Notes: generated by a model not told the origin, from the sequence alone. 64,000 nucleotides of DNA from the human T2T-CHM13v2.0 reference genome, Homo sapiens (GCF_009914755.1 NC_060928.1), one strand, 5' to 3'. Positions 1 through 13,771 are shown, counted from the first letter of the stretch. Numbers and translations: made by a program.

Positions 1-393
1 CATCCATATCCTTTGTAGTATTCTTCATTATGCCAAACCAGTCAATTTAAGTCTTTCCCTGAGTTCTGTGAGCCAGCCCAGCAAATTAATGGAACCTAAG
101 AATGGGGTCATGGAGTGCAATTTACAGTGGGTGGGTCAGAAGTGTATGTGACAATCTACTTCTGAAAGTTGGCATCAGAAGTAGAGTGCAGTCTTGTGGG
201 ACTGAGCCCCACCTGAGCACTCTGACTCTACCTCAGGTAGATAGTGTCAGAATTGAATTGAAGTATGGCATAGCCGGCTGGTGGCCCCCGGAGGATTGCT
301 TGGTGTGTGTGGAAAGACCCCCACACATCTGGCCACACGTGGGTTCTGCACTGAGTGTGGCAGTAGAGAGAGAAAAAAATTGTTTTTTCTTTT
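1..393 (+). mobile_element. MER21-family LTR, 3' part (truncated by window start)
   Basis: Characteristic MER21 text: gtgtcagaattgaattg...ggattgcttggtgtgtgtggaaagacccccacacatctgg...gagaaaaaaattgttttttc. Confidence 0.7.
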
Positions 394-989
394 AGAGATG
401 GTATAAGAAGTGGCTCACTTTTCTCCAATCACACAAAAACAATTTGATTTGCTGAACACTAAATAGAACATTGTTCCTGAAAACTTTTTCAAGATTGTGT
501 CTGCAATGTGCTGCTTTTTAAAAGCGAACTCTAACAACAATTAATTGCACTGTGTATATTATCAGTTATCATTATTTGTTAAGTTTCTTGCATGGTTAGA
601 GTCAAGAAGTCCAAGCTGCAAAGTGTAACTTCTGTCTTTAAGAATAGAAAAGAGAATAGAAATAGAAAAGTTACTGCTTATGAGTGGAAAAAAACAAAAA
701 ATAAAGTGAAGATAATGGAAGGAAACCTATCCATCCCATCACAGACATTTCAATCTAGACCCAGAAGAATAAGCCTTTCTTAGTTAATTCTCAACATTTT
801 TTAGGCAAAGACAAGTAAACATTCAGAGGCGTTCAGTACCAAGAAATGGCTCTAAACTGGACTGTATTCTTCTTAATATCTGCTTACGGAGAGAGGAAAT
901 GGAGGCCATCTTTGGCCCTCACTGAGAATCTTCCTCAATGGAAATTTCTGGTGATATTTAGAGGCAAGTTACCTCTGCTTACCTTTGCC

Positions 990-1190
990 TGCTTACTTTG
1001 TGCCAGATCCCCTACTTAGTCCTAGGGTTCAAGTACAAAGAAACCTGGCCCCCATACTCCAGCAACTGAGAGTCTAGTTGTGGGCAAAACTGTGTAAAAG
1101 ATGATTACGGGCCATATGATGAATGCTTTCATGGGGCATGTACAGAATACACTGGAAACCCTCAGAAAGGAGTGAACCAGTTTCCCTGAG
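990..1190 (-). mobile_element. L2 LINE 3' fragment
   Basis: Degenerate antisense L2 3' motifs (tactttgtgccaga...cctggccccc...gagtctagttgtggg). Confidence 0.45.
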
Positions 1191-3139
1191 AACGGAGTCA
1201 AACTGGAATGAGCTGTTTTTAAAGCTCAGGGGCTAGATAATTTGCTTGGTGGGCAAATTGCCCCGGACCAGGCGATGTCTTCACGATAGTGGTCCGGAGA
1301 AACACGGGCCGTGCAGCTACTCAAGTTCTGGTCTCTTTTGTGGGGGGTATTTATTGTTTCGATTGCCACATTTATATGATACATTTTATGACTTCTTTAA
1401 ATGCCTCTTATTTTTCCTACAATGAAATAATAGACTTTAAATCATGTTTGAAGTCTCTAGCCTGCTTTGCTTTAATCATAACAACAAAAATTAAATTTTA
1501 CACAAAAATACAAATCATAATTTTATAAAATGAAACATGAAGATAAAGTTGAACATCCGGGGTAGTGTTTGTAAACAAAGTGTGAAGAATTTTATTTATT
1601 GTGCTTTCTGGACATTTTGAGGATCAAATATAAATCTCAGGAAAGTAATATAAGAATAAAAGTAATTGGTAATTTTAGCCTACTCTTAACCCCAGATTCT
1701 TTTCACCAGTCCAGCACATTTTAAGAAATGAGAGACGAAACAGCATTCGGCAGTAAGGAACTGGTTACCATCAGAGCTATGTTGAATGTGAACGTGATTT
1801 TACTAATTAAGTCCTAAACAACTGATGCAGGTAACTGTGGTCCCTGCACTGGAGACCCTTATTATATCTCATATAAAATAGTTAATTGCTTCCAAATGAA
1901 GCTCAAATCAGACAGAGAAATGTCTACTTTGACTAGTACCAAAACATAAGTAGGCAACGGACACTGTGTTGTTTTTGCCTGACTCTGTGGATTCTCAAGA
2001 ATATTCATTTATTTAATAGGCAAAATTAAGGCATGTGTCCTCCAGGGACAGCCACTCTTAGGACATGTGAACAGAAATGCAATTTTCTCTCTAATTTCTT
2101 TGATGGATTCAGTAGATTCCTATTAGTCTACATGATAAGTGTTTCTGAGTTTCCGACTGCATTTTGGCTTACCTATAATAAACCCATTCAAATAGTATCA
2201 AGTCTTCCTTTCAAAATAATCCAAATCCATTGACATTATATTAAATGATATTGTTGTAAGTGAAGTCACAATGTAACAATACAGCGTGATTTTTCTCTTA
2301 AAATTGTTAAGCTCAGGAGAATATCCTTAAGATTAACTTTCTTAGAAGAAAAATATCTCGACTGCTTGTAAATAGGAAAACATAAACATTCTTGTGTATT
2401 TTGAAGCTTTTATTTTGGCTCAAAAATGGAAGTTAAATTTTCATGAAAGTCATAGAATGTTATAAGGAAATTCTCTGAACAAATTCACAATTTACTGTTA
2501 AGCTCTTCATCATGAATTACGCTTAACTCAAAAGCAATATACCGGAAAAGAAGATAAAAACGTAAATAAGTCTACATTGTGGTATTAAACTAGGTCCTGT
2601 CAACATAGATTGATAGGGAAAAAAATACGTATTTTTTAGTATACAATTACGTTTGAAAATTTAATTGCTAATGGATTTCTGTATTCATATCAAGGTCAGA
2701 TGGGCAATTATTTATGAGTAATCTGAAATCTCAAATAGCCTCTTCCAACAGGTTTTGTAACATCTATTTATTTTAGACATTTTGCCATTTCTAATGTTTC
2801 TCCCTCACAGTTTTTTTCCACAGCAGCAATGCAATACATTTTGTCAAATTTGCACTTGTTTTCAAAACCCTCCTTTATTTTACTGGAGAGCTTGCAATTA
2901 ACCCACTTCTCCCTATTGAGCAGCATCTCTGTAATAACAGCTTTCCTGGCTGAGCTTTTGTTAGGGAGATTTTCAAATCAAGAGCCCATAAAGGTTGGAA
3001 AAAATCCAGTCATATTAAAGTTCAGCAAATCTCTTTCAAGGTCATAGCCCTTGAAGTTATAGACGGTTTTTTTTTTCCTGGAAAAGACTGCCAAGTCATT
3101 TTCCACATTAAAAAAATAAATTAAGACAAACACTGTTAC

Positions 3140-3310
3140 CTGTTTTACCAAATGTTGGGAGAGACGCTAAGATTTTACTTCTTCCAATGAATTGACAAGG
3201 AAGAGATGTTCTGCTCTCCTTGCCCCTTTGAAGCTTGGTAGCAGGAAGGGTGAGACTTCTGTAAACTGCGCTAGACTCATTCATGCATCCAGGGCTGGCC
3301 GGCGATCCAG
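3140..3310 (-). other. Candidate exon (171 nt)
   Basis: Minus strand: ttaagctctttcatgcag|CTGGAT...AAACAG|gtaaca. Confidence 0.2.
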
Positions 3311-4231
3311 CTGCATGAAAGAGCTTAATAGTCAAAGGCCATGGTAATTCCCTCCATCTGCCTTTTCTTTCTTCTAAGGCAAAATCTTCACCTGGTGTTT
3401 TTGATTCATGTGTTCTAATTATGATGGCTGCCATCAGCAGCCCTGTGGGTGACACCACAAACTCGCTGAGCCCACAGAGCATGCTGAGGCTTGTTAAGCG
3501 ACCATGTCAGCCTGATTTTAGGGCCCATTTTGCAGCTCTCCACAGGCCTATCTAAAAGCATCAGGAGTCTCAGTCTCGCAGGACAAGTGCATTGTCTTTC
3601 TAAATGTCTCTTCCTGATAAGCAAATCCAAATATGGTTCATTCACTGTGGCTTTGAAGGCACAGTAGGGAACTTGGCTTGCATGGTGGATACAACAAAAT
3701 GCTTAATATTATCACTTGGTATAGAGCTAAAGAACTCAATTTCCAATTCCAAGATGAAAACCTTTGCTCCCCAGCTATGATCAAGAGTTTGAAATTTAAA
3801 TCAGGAGTCTTGAAAGCTATTCTAACTCTCAAAAGGGCTGGCTTTCCCATACATACAAAGAAGAAAATGCTGTGCTTGCATGAGTGTCTGAATCAAGAAA
3901 AGCTCACATCGTTTTAGCAAATGTAATACTTGCCTCTTTCAATTGGAATGCTGTTGAGTATTTTTCAGTGTTTTCAGTTCATTTGTTTTATTGTATTTCC
4001 CATTATTTAGATTATGATTAGGGCTGGTCCTATAGTCCTTTTTTATTACTTTATATACCTCCTGTTGTTTTAGTGTTTCCACATTAATAACACCTGGCAA
4101 CATCCAAAAACATTTTGATTTAAGATAAGTACAAAACAAGCATCAAAAACAAGCTTCGAAACATCTTTATCACTCCACTCCCTTTCTCTGTTATTATAGT
4201 TTACATATCTTAAGTCACTGTTTTTATTTTT

Positions 4232-4767
4232 CCCCCAGCTTTACTGAAGTATATTTGACAGATAAAAATTACATATTTTTATGGTGTACAATATATATAT
4301 ATACACACTGCAAAGTCACTACCACAGTAAAACTAATTAACATCTCCATCACGTCACATAGTTATCCTTGTGATTGTGTGTGTGTGTATGTGTGTGGTGA
4401 GAACAGTTAAGATCTGCTCTCTTGGCAAATTTCAAGTGTGCAATAGACTATTATTAACTGTAGTCACCACGCTGTGCATTAGATCTCCAGAAATTTATTC
4501 ATTCTGTGCAACTGAAACTTTGCACAATTTGACCAACATCTTCCTACATGTCCCACATCCCAGCCCCTGGCAACCGCCCTTCTACTCTCTATTCTATGAA
4601 TTTGACTTTTTTAGATTCCACATACAAGTGAGATCCTGCAGTATTTGTTTTTCTTTGCCTGGCTTATTTCACTTAACATACTGTCCTCCAGGTTCATTCA
4701 TGTCTCAAATAATGGCATTTCCTTCTTTTTTAAGGCATTTCCTTCTTTTTTAAGGCTGAATAATATC

Positions 4768-4768
<1 letters not shown>
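4232..4768 (-). mobile_element. L1MA-type LINE-1 3' end fragment
   Basis: cagctttactgaagtatatttgac...gtagtcaccacgctgtgcattagatctccag...tttagattccacatacaagtgagatc...ggcttatttcacttaacata, typical antisense L1MA 3'UTR. Confidence 0.85.

Positions 4769-4769
<1 letters not shown>

Positions 4770-4812
<43 letters not shown>
4770..4812. repeat. (TG)n microsatellite, about 21 units
   Basis: Seen directly. Confidence 0.97.
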
Positions 4813-4814
<2 letters not shown>

Positions 4815-5269
4815 AGCACTTTTTATTACTTTTATTATGTAGTATTTTGAAGAACATTTTAGTTCTGTCTAGGTCGGGTTGGATCCAAGAAATTTAGTGG
4901 ATGTAAGAAAATCACACTTAGGATTCATTTCAGGAACTAAAACCTTAAATAATCTCCAGTAATTTGCAAGTGGTCTCAGGTTACTTCAGAGCACCTTTTT
5001 CACAGGCTGTGCTTCTCCACTCCACTCCAAATCCCAGCTGCATCAGTCCAGAAATTCACAGAAGAAATTCACCTACCAGTTTGCAAGGTAATTCGGATTG
5101 GGAAACTGTTCTATAGTTAACACCTACACTAACAATAGCCTGCAATCCCTTGTATAGTTGGCTGTTCTGATAGTTTATTTAGGCAGAGTCATTTCTACTC
5201 TTGCATGCTTGCTGTAGGTTATTTCTATGTCTCTGAATATTCAGATTTGTGTTTTCGATGGATGTCTTT

Positions 5270-5634
5270 TGTCTTGGTCAGTTCAGGCTGCTATCACAAA
5301 AGTTGCCTACACTGAGGGGTTTAAATAACAGAAATTTATGTCTCACAGTTCTCCAGGCTGGGAAGCCCAGCATCAAGGTGCTGGCTGACATGGTTCTCGG
5401 TGAGGATCCCTTTCCTGGTGTACAGACAGACACCTTATTGGTGTATACTAACATGACAGAGACAGAGATCATCTCCCCTGTGTCTCTTCTTATAAAGGCA
5501 CTAATCCTGTTCACAAGGGCCCCACCCTTATGACCTAATTACTCCCCAAAGGCCCCACCTCCTAATACAATCTTATTGGTTATTTGGGCTTCAATATATG
5601 AATTTCAGGGGATGTAAACATGCAGTCCATAGCA
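5270..5634 (-). mobile_element. MLT1A-like MaLR solo LTR
   Basis: Starts tgtcttggtcagttcaggctgctatcacaaaa, contains gaaatttatgtctcacagttctccaggctgggaag and tcttataaaggcactaatcc, ends cagtccatagca. Confidence 0.85.
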
Positions 5635-5849
5635 ACTTTGGCCTAAATGAAGACTGATGTGATATGTTGCATTCAGTCAACTCTTTCAAGGTATGATCAA
5701 TACCAGTTGCTGAACTACTGAGCTATCACCAAGTGGCTGATGTAATTTGGTTGTGCCAATGGTAAAAACAAATATTTTCCCAACTGATAACTCAAAAGAC
5801 AATAATTGAGAAAAATATCAAGGTAATAAATAGCATGGCACATGGGAAA

Positions 5850-6700
5850 GGAAGAGAAGTTGGAGCTAAACCTGGAGAGGTAGCCAAGGTGCCAAAGAGG
5901 ATATTATATGCCATGTAAAAATACCTTTACATGATGGGAATCCATGGGGAAGTATAACCTGGATATGACCTGGGTTAGATTTGTGTTTTAGATAGATGTC
6001 TCTGGTACCTAGGCAGAAAATGACTCCAATGGGCAAAGCACAGAAGCAGAGAGACTCAGTAGGGAGTCACTGTAGTATCCAGACAAGAAAGGCTAGAGGC
6101 CTGAGTATGGGAAGGAAAGGGGATGGAATATATCTGAGTATTTGGCAATTGATTGGATATGGGCTACAGAATAAACAGTGGCATCAGAAATGTCACAAAT
6201 GTTTTATGGTTGTTGTAATGGGCTGCAGCTGCCAGCAACCAAGGTACAGAATCAAGGAGGAGGAGCGTAATAGTATTAAATATAACAGTTCAAACTTCTT
6301 ATTGTCACCTATGTTCCTTATAGTCATCGATTCCTTCATTCATTCATCAAAAGTGTATTAGACAGCCACTAGGTCTCGGACCCAATCACAGCAAATCCGA
6401 CAAGTGCCCTGTCCTCACTAGAGGGCACATTCATGAATTATACAAGAAGAAAGGGACACATACTGCTGGAAAAGCTCAAAGAAAAGTTTGTGATGTTCAG
6501 TGGGGGAATGGTTACTTTCAGCTGGGAGTTCAGCAGGAATAACCAATGAGATGGTCTTTGAGGATTCTGCCCTTGAAAGTGGGATAGCATTTAGGCATGT
6601 GGAGAGTGGCCTGAAGATCTTCAAGGCAGAGGGCGCAGCACAGATGGCCAGGGTTATGCCAGAGGCAGGGACATGAGCATGTGCACTAGAGGATGAGCCC
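5850..6700 (-). mobile_element. L2 LINE fragments (at least two; boundaries approximate)
   Basis: gatttgtgttttagatagatgtctctgg, gtagtatccagacaagaaagg; L2 3' tail cattcattcatcaaaa near 6338. Confidence 0.55.
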
Positions 6701-7336
6701 CAGGAAGGGGAGGGGTGGGGCCCACACATGAGAGGCGAAGTAGAATTAATCAGCAGGATGACATCATTACCTGACCATGGGGGTGAGAGAGATGATCACC
6801 TCTGACACAGCCTAGACACTCAGCAGGAGCGAGTTCATGAAACAAGACTATGAGCAGTTTGGAACCCGTCCAGAACACTGACGTTGCATAAGGCGGACAA
6901 CCTCAACTAAGAAATGTATCCTTCCTTCCAAAGGGTGGTGTTGCATCACCACGTTCATTTCATCCTACCCAGATATATGCATCCACTTTTACATCTCAGA
7001 AAATTCTTACGTCATGTCAGAGCAAGTCTAGAAACTGCCTTTTGTATTCTCGGGGAATGATTTTTGGACGTTGTGCTGTTTCCATGTTGTGGGTGAGTTT
7101 ATTTCAGACGGCAAAGAGGGAGGCCCACAGGCCAGAGTGTGAGCCCCTCCCCAGTCCAGGGCCCATGTGGTGCCCAGTCCACAACGTTTTACTATCTCAA
7201 AATATGCTCCCTCCCCTTTTCTTTGTACATGGGGATTTTTCTTTGTAAAAGGGAGGGTTTTTTTTTTAATCTTTTTTCCTTTTTTTTTTTAACTGTTCCC
7301 TTCCTCTCAATCCTAAAAGAAGTCTATGAAGCTTAC

Positions 7337-7398
7337 CTTGCTACTGATAACGTGACCTCTTACTGCTCACCATGATCAACATGGCTTTCGGTATTGAA
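7337..7398 (-). other. Candidate non-coding exon (62 nt)
   Basis: Minus strand: cccttttttgttgcctgcag|TTCAAT...AGCAAG|gtaagc; stops in all three frames; no transcript evidence available. Confidence 0.3.
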
Positions 7399-8204
7399 CT
7401 GCAGGCAACAAAAAAGGGCCAATACATAATGGTGAAAGGGACACCTCAGGAGAACAGAGAAGGGGCCTTGGACTCCAGGTAGGGCTCCCGAGACCATTGT
7501 CTCCTTGCTCTCTGATCCAAGCTGACACACCTTCTCCTTCCTCTCCTTTTTCCTCTGGTTGTTTTTGATTTAGTATGGTAGGCTCTATCGGTATAACGAA
7601 TTCAGTCCTTCAGCAAAACATATACATGAATGTGTATATATTTAACTCTAACGCTGCCCCATCTTTCCTCACTATGTTGTCTATAAGCCGTGACTTTGTA
7701 TTTGATTCATAGGCATTAACAAGTAAAACTGGCAGAAGGACTTGAGCCCAAGAAAGAGGAAACTTCATAGCTGAAGTGTCTGAATATGTGTTTCGACTCA
7801 TCCCCATAGGCTTCGCAGTGATTATTTATTTTCAGTGAATGAGACTACTAAAAACTGGATGAAAATACGTTCTGTTATTGCCATGCATGGCTTTCTAATG
7901 TGGGGGCTTCTGCCTGGCACAACCTTAACGTCGCCTTGACAATAATGTGACAGGAAAAGAGGAAGGAACCTATGAGGCGATAACCCTACCTGTGTTTTCT
8001 GACTATGATAATAAATTTGGAACCAGCTGTCTCTATTTTCTCTGGTGACATTTATGGTTCAGGAATGAAGTGGGGGGAATGGATGATAGAATCTGCATTT
8101 TTCAGCAGTTCTCACTGTTCTATCTTTTATCATTATTTATTCTCTTTCTTGCCTATTTTTCTTCTTCTCTTGAAAAGGACATGTTAACGCATATTTCAAA
8201 ATAA

Positions 8205-8232
<28 letters not shown>
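8205..8232. repeat. (GT)14 microsatellite
   Basis: Seen directly. Confidence 0.97.
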
Positions 8233-8235
<3 letters not shown>

Positions 8236-8267
8236 GTTTTGTCTTTTTTACTCTTAAGAATCAAACT

Positions 8268-8600
8268 CATAGAATTTACACACTGATAAGTACAAGAACT
8301 GAGTCTCAACCAACCTCTTATTTTACAAACGAGGGAACTGAGGCATAGCTAAGAGACGCATCTTGGGTCATACAAGTTGGAACCCAGCTTTCTTGCTTTC
8401 TTCCTTTTCTTTATTTTTTATTTATTTATTTATTTATTTTTTGAGATGGAGTCTTGCTCTGTCACCCAGGCTGAACTGCGGTGCTACAATCTCAGCTCAC
8501 TGCAACCTCTGCCTGCTGTGTTCAAGTGATTATCCACCCTCAGACTCCCTAGTGGCTGGGAGCCCAGCTTTCTTGACTTTATATTGGGCTTCCGCTAGTA
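8268..8600 (-). mobile_element. MIR SINE interrupted by an Alu fragment
   Basis: MIR core antisense attttacaaacgagggaactgaggcatag followed by ggaacccagc. Confidence 0.65.
8396..8562 (-). mobile_element. 5'-truncated Alu (right arm only)
   Basis: T-rich tail then gagatggagtcttgctctgtcacccaggctg; TSD cccagctttcttg at 8383-8395 and 8563-8575. Confidence 0.92.
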
Positions 8601-10465
8601 CATCTGGGATAGCATCATGGTGCTTAGGAAAAGGCCCCTGTGAGTTCCACAGGAAAAGAAGACTCAATACCTTCTCTTCTAAAATTCTAAATGTCTTAAG
8701 GTAGATTCCTTTTCAACAGTCAAAAACCAATGCAGGCTGGTGTAACTGTTGTTTCAGATTGCTTCACGTATCTCTGGTTCCCAAGTAATGTTTTTTTATT
8801 ACTTTGACTTTCATTTCCCTTCTTTATAGATTTGGGTTAGTATATATTATGTTGCCTTGTTGGGCTGTTATTATACATCAAAACTGGCATAAATCCAGAG
8901 GCAACAAATTAGAAATATTGACTTTTCTGCTGGGCTAATAAAAACGATGGTATGTGAGTTAACAAATGTAGTTTTAATTTTATAACAAATGTAACAGTGT
9001 GAGCCAGGGAGATGGCTGAAAATACCAGAAAAGGAAACCTTTCTAAATTGTAAGAACCAGAAAAAGAAGTGATGCATAAAGAAATGTCAGCCTGACTTTT
9101 AACAAGGGTAACCTCCTTAAAGCAAAATGTAGACGGCCGCTTATGCACTGTTCTCTATGGAAAAATAATGTATACATTGGAAGGCTCCCTTTTCCCACTA
9201 ACAAATGTAATATCCTTAGAAACAATAATTCCTCAAGGGAGATGACATAACTGTATTACTGATTTCTCAGTTTTTGAGCAGCAGCAATTAGATAAACCTG
9301 AAACGAGTGGCTGTAATCCTCAAGGTTGGATCTGATTAATAAAGCGAGTGATAGCCTGCTGATTCTAAAATAAAAAGCTAAATAAATACATGTTGCCATT
9401 TTCAGCAATGAAGTAATAAGCAGTTTGCAGTAAATGTGATTGGCATAAAACAATGTAGAATATAATGTCAAATGCATTCAGGAAACAGCTATTGCTGTCA
9501 AATTTGCAAAATAGGATGGTGCTTCCACAAACGTATCTATAATTTAAAGCTACTGAAATAAGTTGGCGGATATGCCAACAAATTATTCAAGCCACATTTA
9601 AATTGTGTACCTAACTCCTCAATAGCATATTTATTTAATCAAAGCATGATCATTTCTTACAATTACTGTTATAAACTTTTATAAAATATACCAGAAAATA
9701 GCAGCAGACATGTATTACCTAAGTCATATAAGCACTGAGAACGCTGACACAGCTATTCAAAACTGCAAAGGAACAGAAAGAGGCTAGCGCATTAAGACAC
9801 CGCCAAACACTTTCTTAGCAGGTAAATGCCTGGGATAATAATAGATGAGTACAAAGGAAAGTATGGGGAGGTTATTAAATTATACTGTAAGGATCTAAAG
9901 CTCTAGTGCGGCATCTTTGACTAGGTCTATACATTTTCCAGAAGAATCACAATACAATGTGCTCTGTTTGGGTGAACAAGTCGGAAGCAGCCTGTCTATT
10001 AGGAAGTGGGAATTCAAAAGCCCTCGGGAGCTAGGCAGATAATGCGGATGAGTAGAGTGGTCTGTGGAGACAGGCGAACTGGAAAGCGGTTGCCCAGAAT
10101 AAGGTGGCTGATGGAGCCAATTATCGCTGTGCCAGAATGCAGACCCAGGATTGCCAGAGCTTCTGGTTCTTCAAAAAAGAGCCAGAAATTAAGATTTTCC
10201 TGTGAAGTACACATAACTGTCAGTGTTGCAACTGTTATTAAAAACAATAATGGTAATGAGGACTAGATTCAAGATGGGAGCCACGTGTTTGCAAACTCCT
10301 AACCGTGTAATGACCTAACCAGGATATCTGTGTATTCTACGTAGACTGAACCATGGTCACCAGATGAACAAATGGCCAAAACTATTCCGAAAACAATTAT
10401 ACTAAGAACAGCCACCCAACCAGAGTACACACTGGACATATGGGAATAAGAAATAAGAATTCCTA

Positions 10466-10766
<301 letters not shown>

Positions 10767-10814
10767 CTATAGAGGGAACAGTTCAGGTGACTTGCTCCTG
10801 GTTGTTCAGGTGCT

Positions 10815-10975
10815 TGACTCTTGTCCCTCACTTCCTTTTTCTGTAAAATGGAAATAATGGTAGTACCCACCTCTTAGGGTCATTGTGAGGACTAAATGAG
10901 TTATTTATATTAAGCACTGAGAACAGTACCTAGGCTAGAACAGGTACTTACTAACTGTAACCTGTTATTACTCTT
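10815..10975 (+). mobile_element. MIR SINE
   Basis: ctgtaaaatggaaataatggtagtacccacctcttagggtcattgtgaggactaaatgag...agcactgagaacagtacct. Confidence 0.85.
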
Positions 10976-11676
10976 ACTATGAATAAAATGCCGGTGTATT
11001 TCTTGAATGTCAAAGGCAAGATGGCATTTCCAGAACGGGGCAACTCAGTGGAACAACATGAAAAATACCTGTTGCAGTATAACTGCTGGCAAAGAAAAAA
11101 TAACAGCAAGATAGCCAAGTAATTGTGTTATGGCGAGTTGGGAAGCACCTGAGAGGGTAGAAGGAATAGTTCAAAGTTACAGTGAAGCACAGCTTCAAAC
11201 AGCCCTCCTTTGGACAAGGAAGCAATTATCATGGTAGACAGGCTGGCTTGGCAAGCAGGCATTAGGCACTATCTGGTCATGTGTATGTGTGTGTCTGGGA
11301 CTGAGGATTCTTGGCTTTTTTTGTGGACTTTTGGGAAGCTCATTTTTTCTGTTTGTTTGCTTGTTTTCTCTAAGACTCTTTACACGTCTGAGAGACGGAG
11401 ATGAACAGTGACAGGTTCTGCAAAACCAAGGAAGTCTATAGATGTGTGCAATAGGAAAAGTACTATTGTATTGCCTGCATTTATTTTCCAGCCATACTTC
11501 ACAGACATAGCCCTGGCTACTGTTTTCAAGCACCGGTCTAAAAACTAAGAATACTCTCCAGCTCATTTCTCCAGGTGGTGAACCCGAGGAGGGTGGAGGG
11601 GGCCATGTAGAGGAGATCAAAAGAGATGTGTGTTATACTTTTATTAAAATTCATATCTATAAGCATTCGTATAAAT

Positions 11677-11866
11677 CTGGGGTCTGCAAACTGCAGCCCT
11701 AAGGCTGGCTCATGGCTTGCTTTTGTAAGCCTGGTTTTTACATTTTTAAAGAATTGTAAAATATATATATATATATATATATATATGCAACAATGACCAT
11801 ATATGGCTCACAAAGCCTAAAATACTTACTACCTGGCCCTTTAGAGGAAAAGTTTGCTGACCCTTG
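11677..11866. mobile_element. MER58-type hAT-Charlie DNA transposon with an internal (AT)n tract
   Basis: Terminal inverted repeats ctggggtctgcaaac / gtttgctgacccttg; internal aaagcctaaaatacttactacctggcccttta. Confidence 0.85.
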
Positions 11867-13771
11867 AGAATGGTTTCTGCAGGTTTGTCATTTTCACTTC
11901 CTATTAGATTAAAAGGAGCATTGGTTTTCCCTTATAACTTGATGCAACTAAGCTATAATTTAGAGGCAAGTCACCATTCTTTTTTGAACTTTGTCCTTGT
12001 TCATATGTTATTTCTTTTTAACCAGGTGACAGAAAAATGCCCAAGCAGATTTTTTTTAAAATGTACCTTCTATTGTACCCTGTTGTCTTAAAGAAGATTC
12101 AGTTCAGTTATCCAAGTGAGACACTTTAGTTTTGATGGTATGTACATGCTGATTTACCACCAGGATGGCCGGTTCTTGCTTGGTTGTAAAATTATGGCAC
12201 AAATACTTTTCATTGATCGCAGTTTAACAGCCAATCAAGGCACAGCTTCATCCCACGATTTCACTGTGCCTTTACAATTGAGAAGAATAGCAGCTATAAT
12301 GGGTACTATTATGGCTATTGTGTTCCTGGGAGATGAACTCAGAGATGGTGCTGGAGCAGGACAAGTTATATAAATGTCTTCAGCCAAGGACATTACAGAA
12401 AGAATTATGTAACCTCACAGGATATAAAGATTTTGCCATAACTTTTCACTCAATGGAATCCGCTGTAGCCCATAAAACGTGTTGTGTTCATAGAAGACTT
12501 TGTAACAGAATACTTCTTATCATGATCATTGTTTTCAGAGCCAAGAAATGGATTCTGAGAAGAGAAAAAAATAGGTCTTTTAGATCAGAAATCAGAATGA
12601 TTTATTTTTAAATAACTAGTTTGTAGTTTGAAAGCAAATTTCAAATTTTCTGTGATCAAAAACTCAAAAATATATTAACCTTTGATATAGTTTTGAGACT
12701 ATCTTGATGCACTTTTCCTCTGGTCTCTGTATTGTCAGTGAGGCACTCACATTTTGTTGATTTTTTTCGTCTTTCAAATTTAATTATCTGTTTATACCTT
12801 TGTGAGCAGTCAAGTGCTTTAGCTCTCTATTTTTATCATTTCAACTCTTTATAGTTCCATTTTCAGAAAACATCAAGATTCCCAATGATTCAAAAAGTGA
12901 TTTATAAACCTTAAATTCCGTTTTATGCAGGGAGGAAAAAGTGCTTAATACACACTAATATCAAATAAATTACTTTGATTACTCCTGATATTTTACTCCA
13001 TTTGGGGGGTTTTATTTTTACTTTTCTCATCTACCAACAAACGATGCTACATTTCAGTCATCTGGATGAGCATATCATTAGAATAGAGGCTATTTTATAA
13101 CATTAGAGCACAAGGGATTAAGAATGGTATATCCTTTTTTCATCATTACATGTATGTGTTAGAATTTCTAACCATCACATTTCTATTACTAAAATTGATT
13201 ATTTATGCACTTGCACCAGATTCCAACCAGGAAGCAATATCCACTGTGTAAGCCACACTAACTCAATTAGACCCAATTGTCTACAGCCACAATCTCCATC
13301 AGTGACAACCCAACTCCCCCTCCCATGCTTGCTAAATATCCAAACAATTACAAACAAAGCAAGCAATGCTAATTCAATCAAGAATGTATCCAGCTTTCTG
13401 TTCCTTCCTCACATACATTTATATGTCTTTATACTGGAAATTGAAGTTTAGACTAAGGACAGAGCTGTTGTATTAGATGCATATCTACCCACCTCCCTCA
13501 TTCTAGTTAAAGGCATCACAAATAATCTGAAATGGCCTTGAAATGATATTGAACGCATTTTACCTGAGGTGACCTCACCAATCAGTCCTGAATTAAGGAG
13601 CTCAACATACTATTGTTGATGAGATTTTGTTAAACTCAATAAGACTTTCTAGACCAGTGCCTTAAACTCAGATGCCTCCATGGTCCAAGCCAGTAAGGGG
13701 AATTAATAGACAATAAGGAGTAGTGAGCATGGAGGTCAGAGGGCAGGCACCTACTCCAGAAGATGGCTTGA

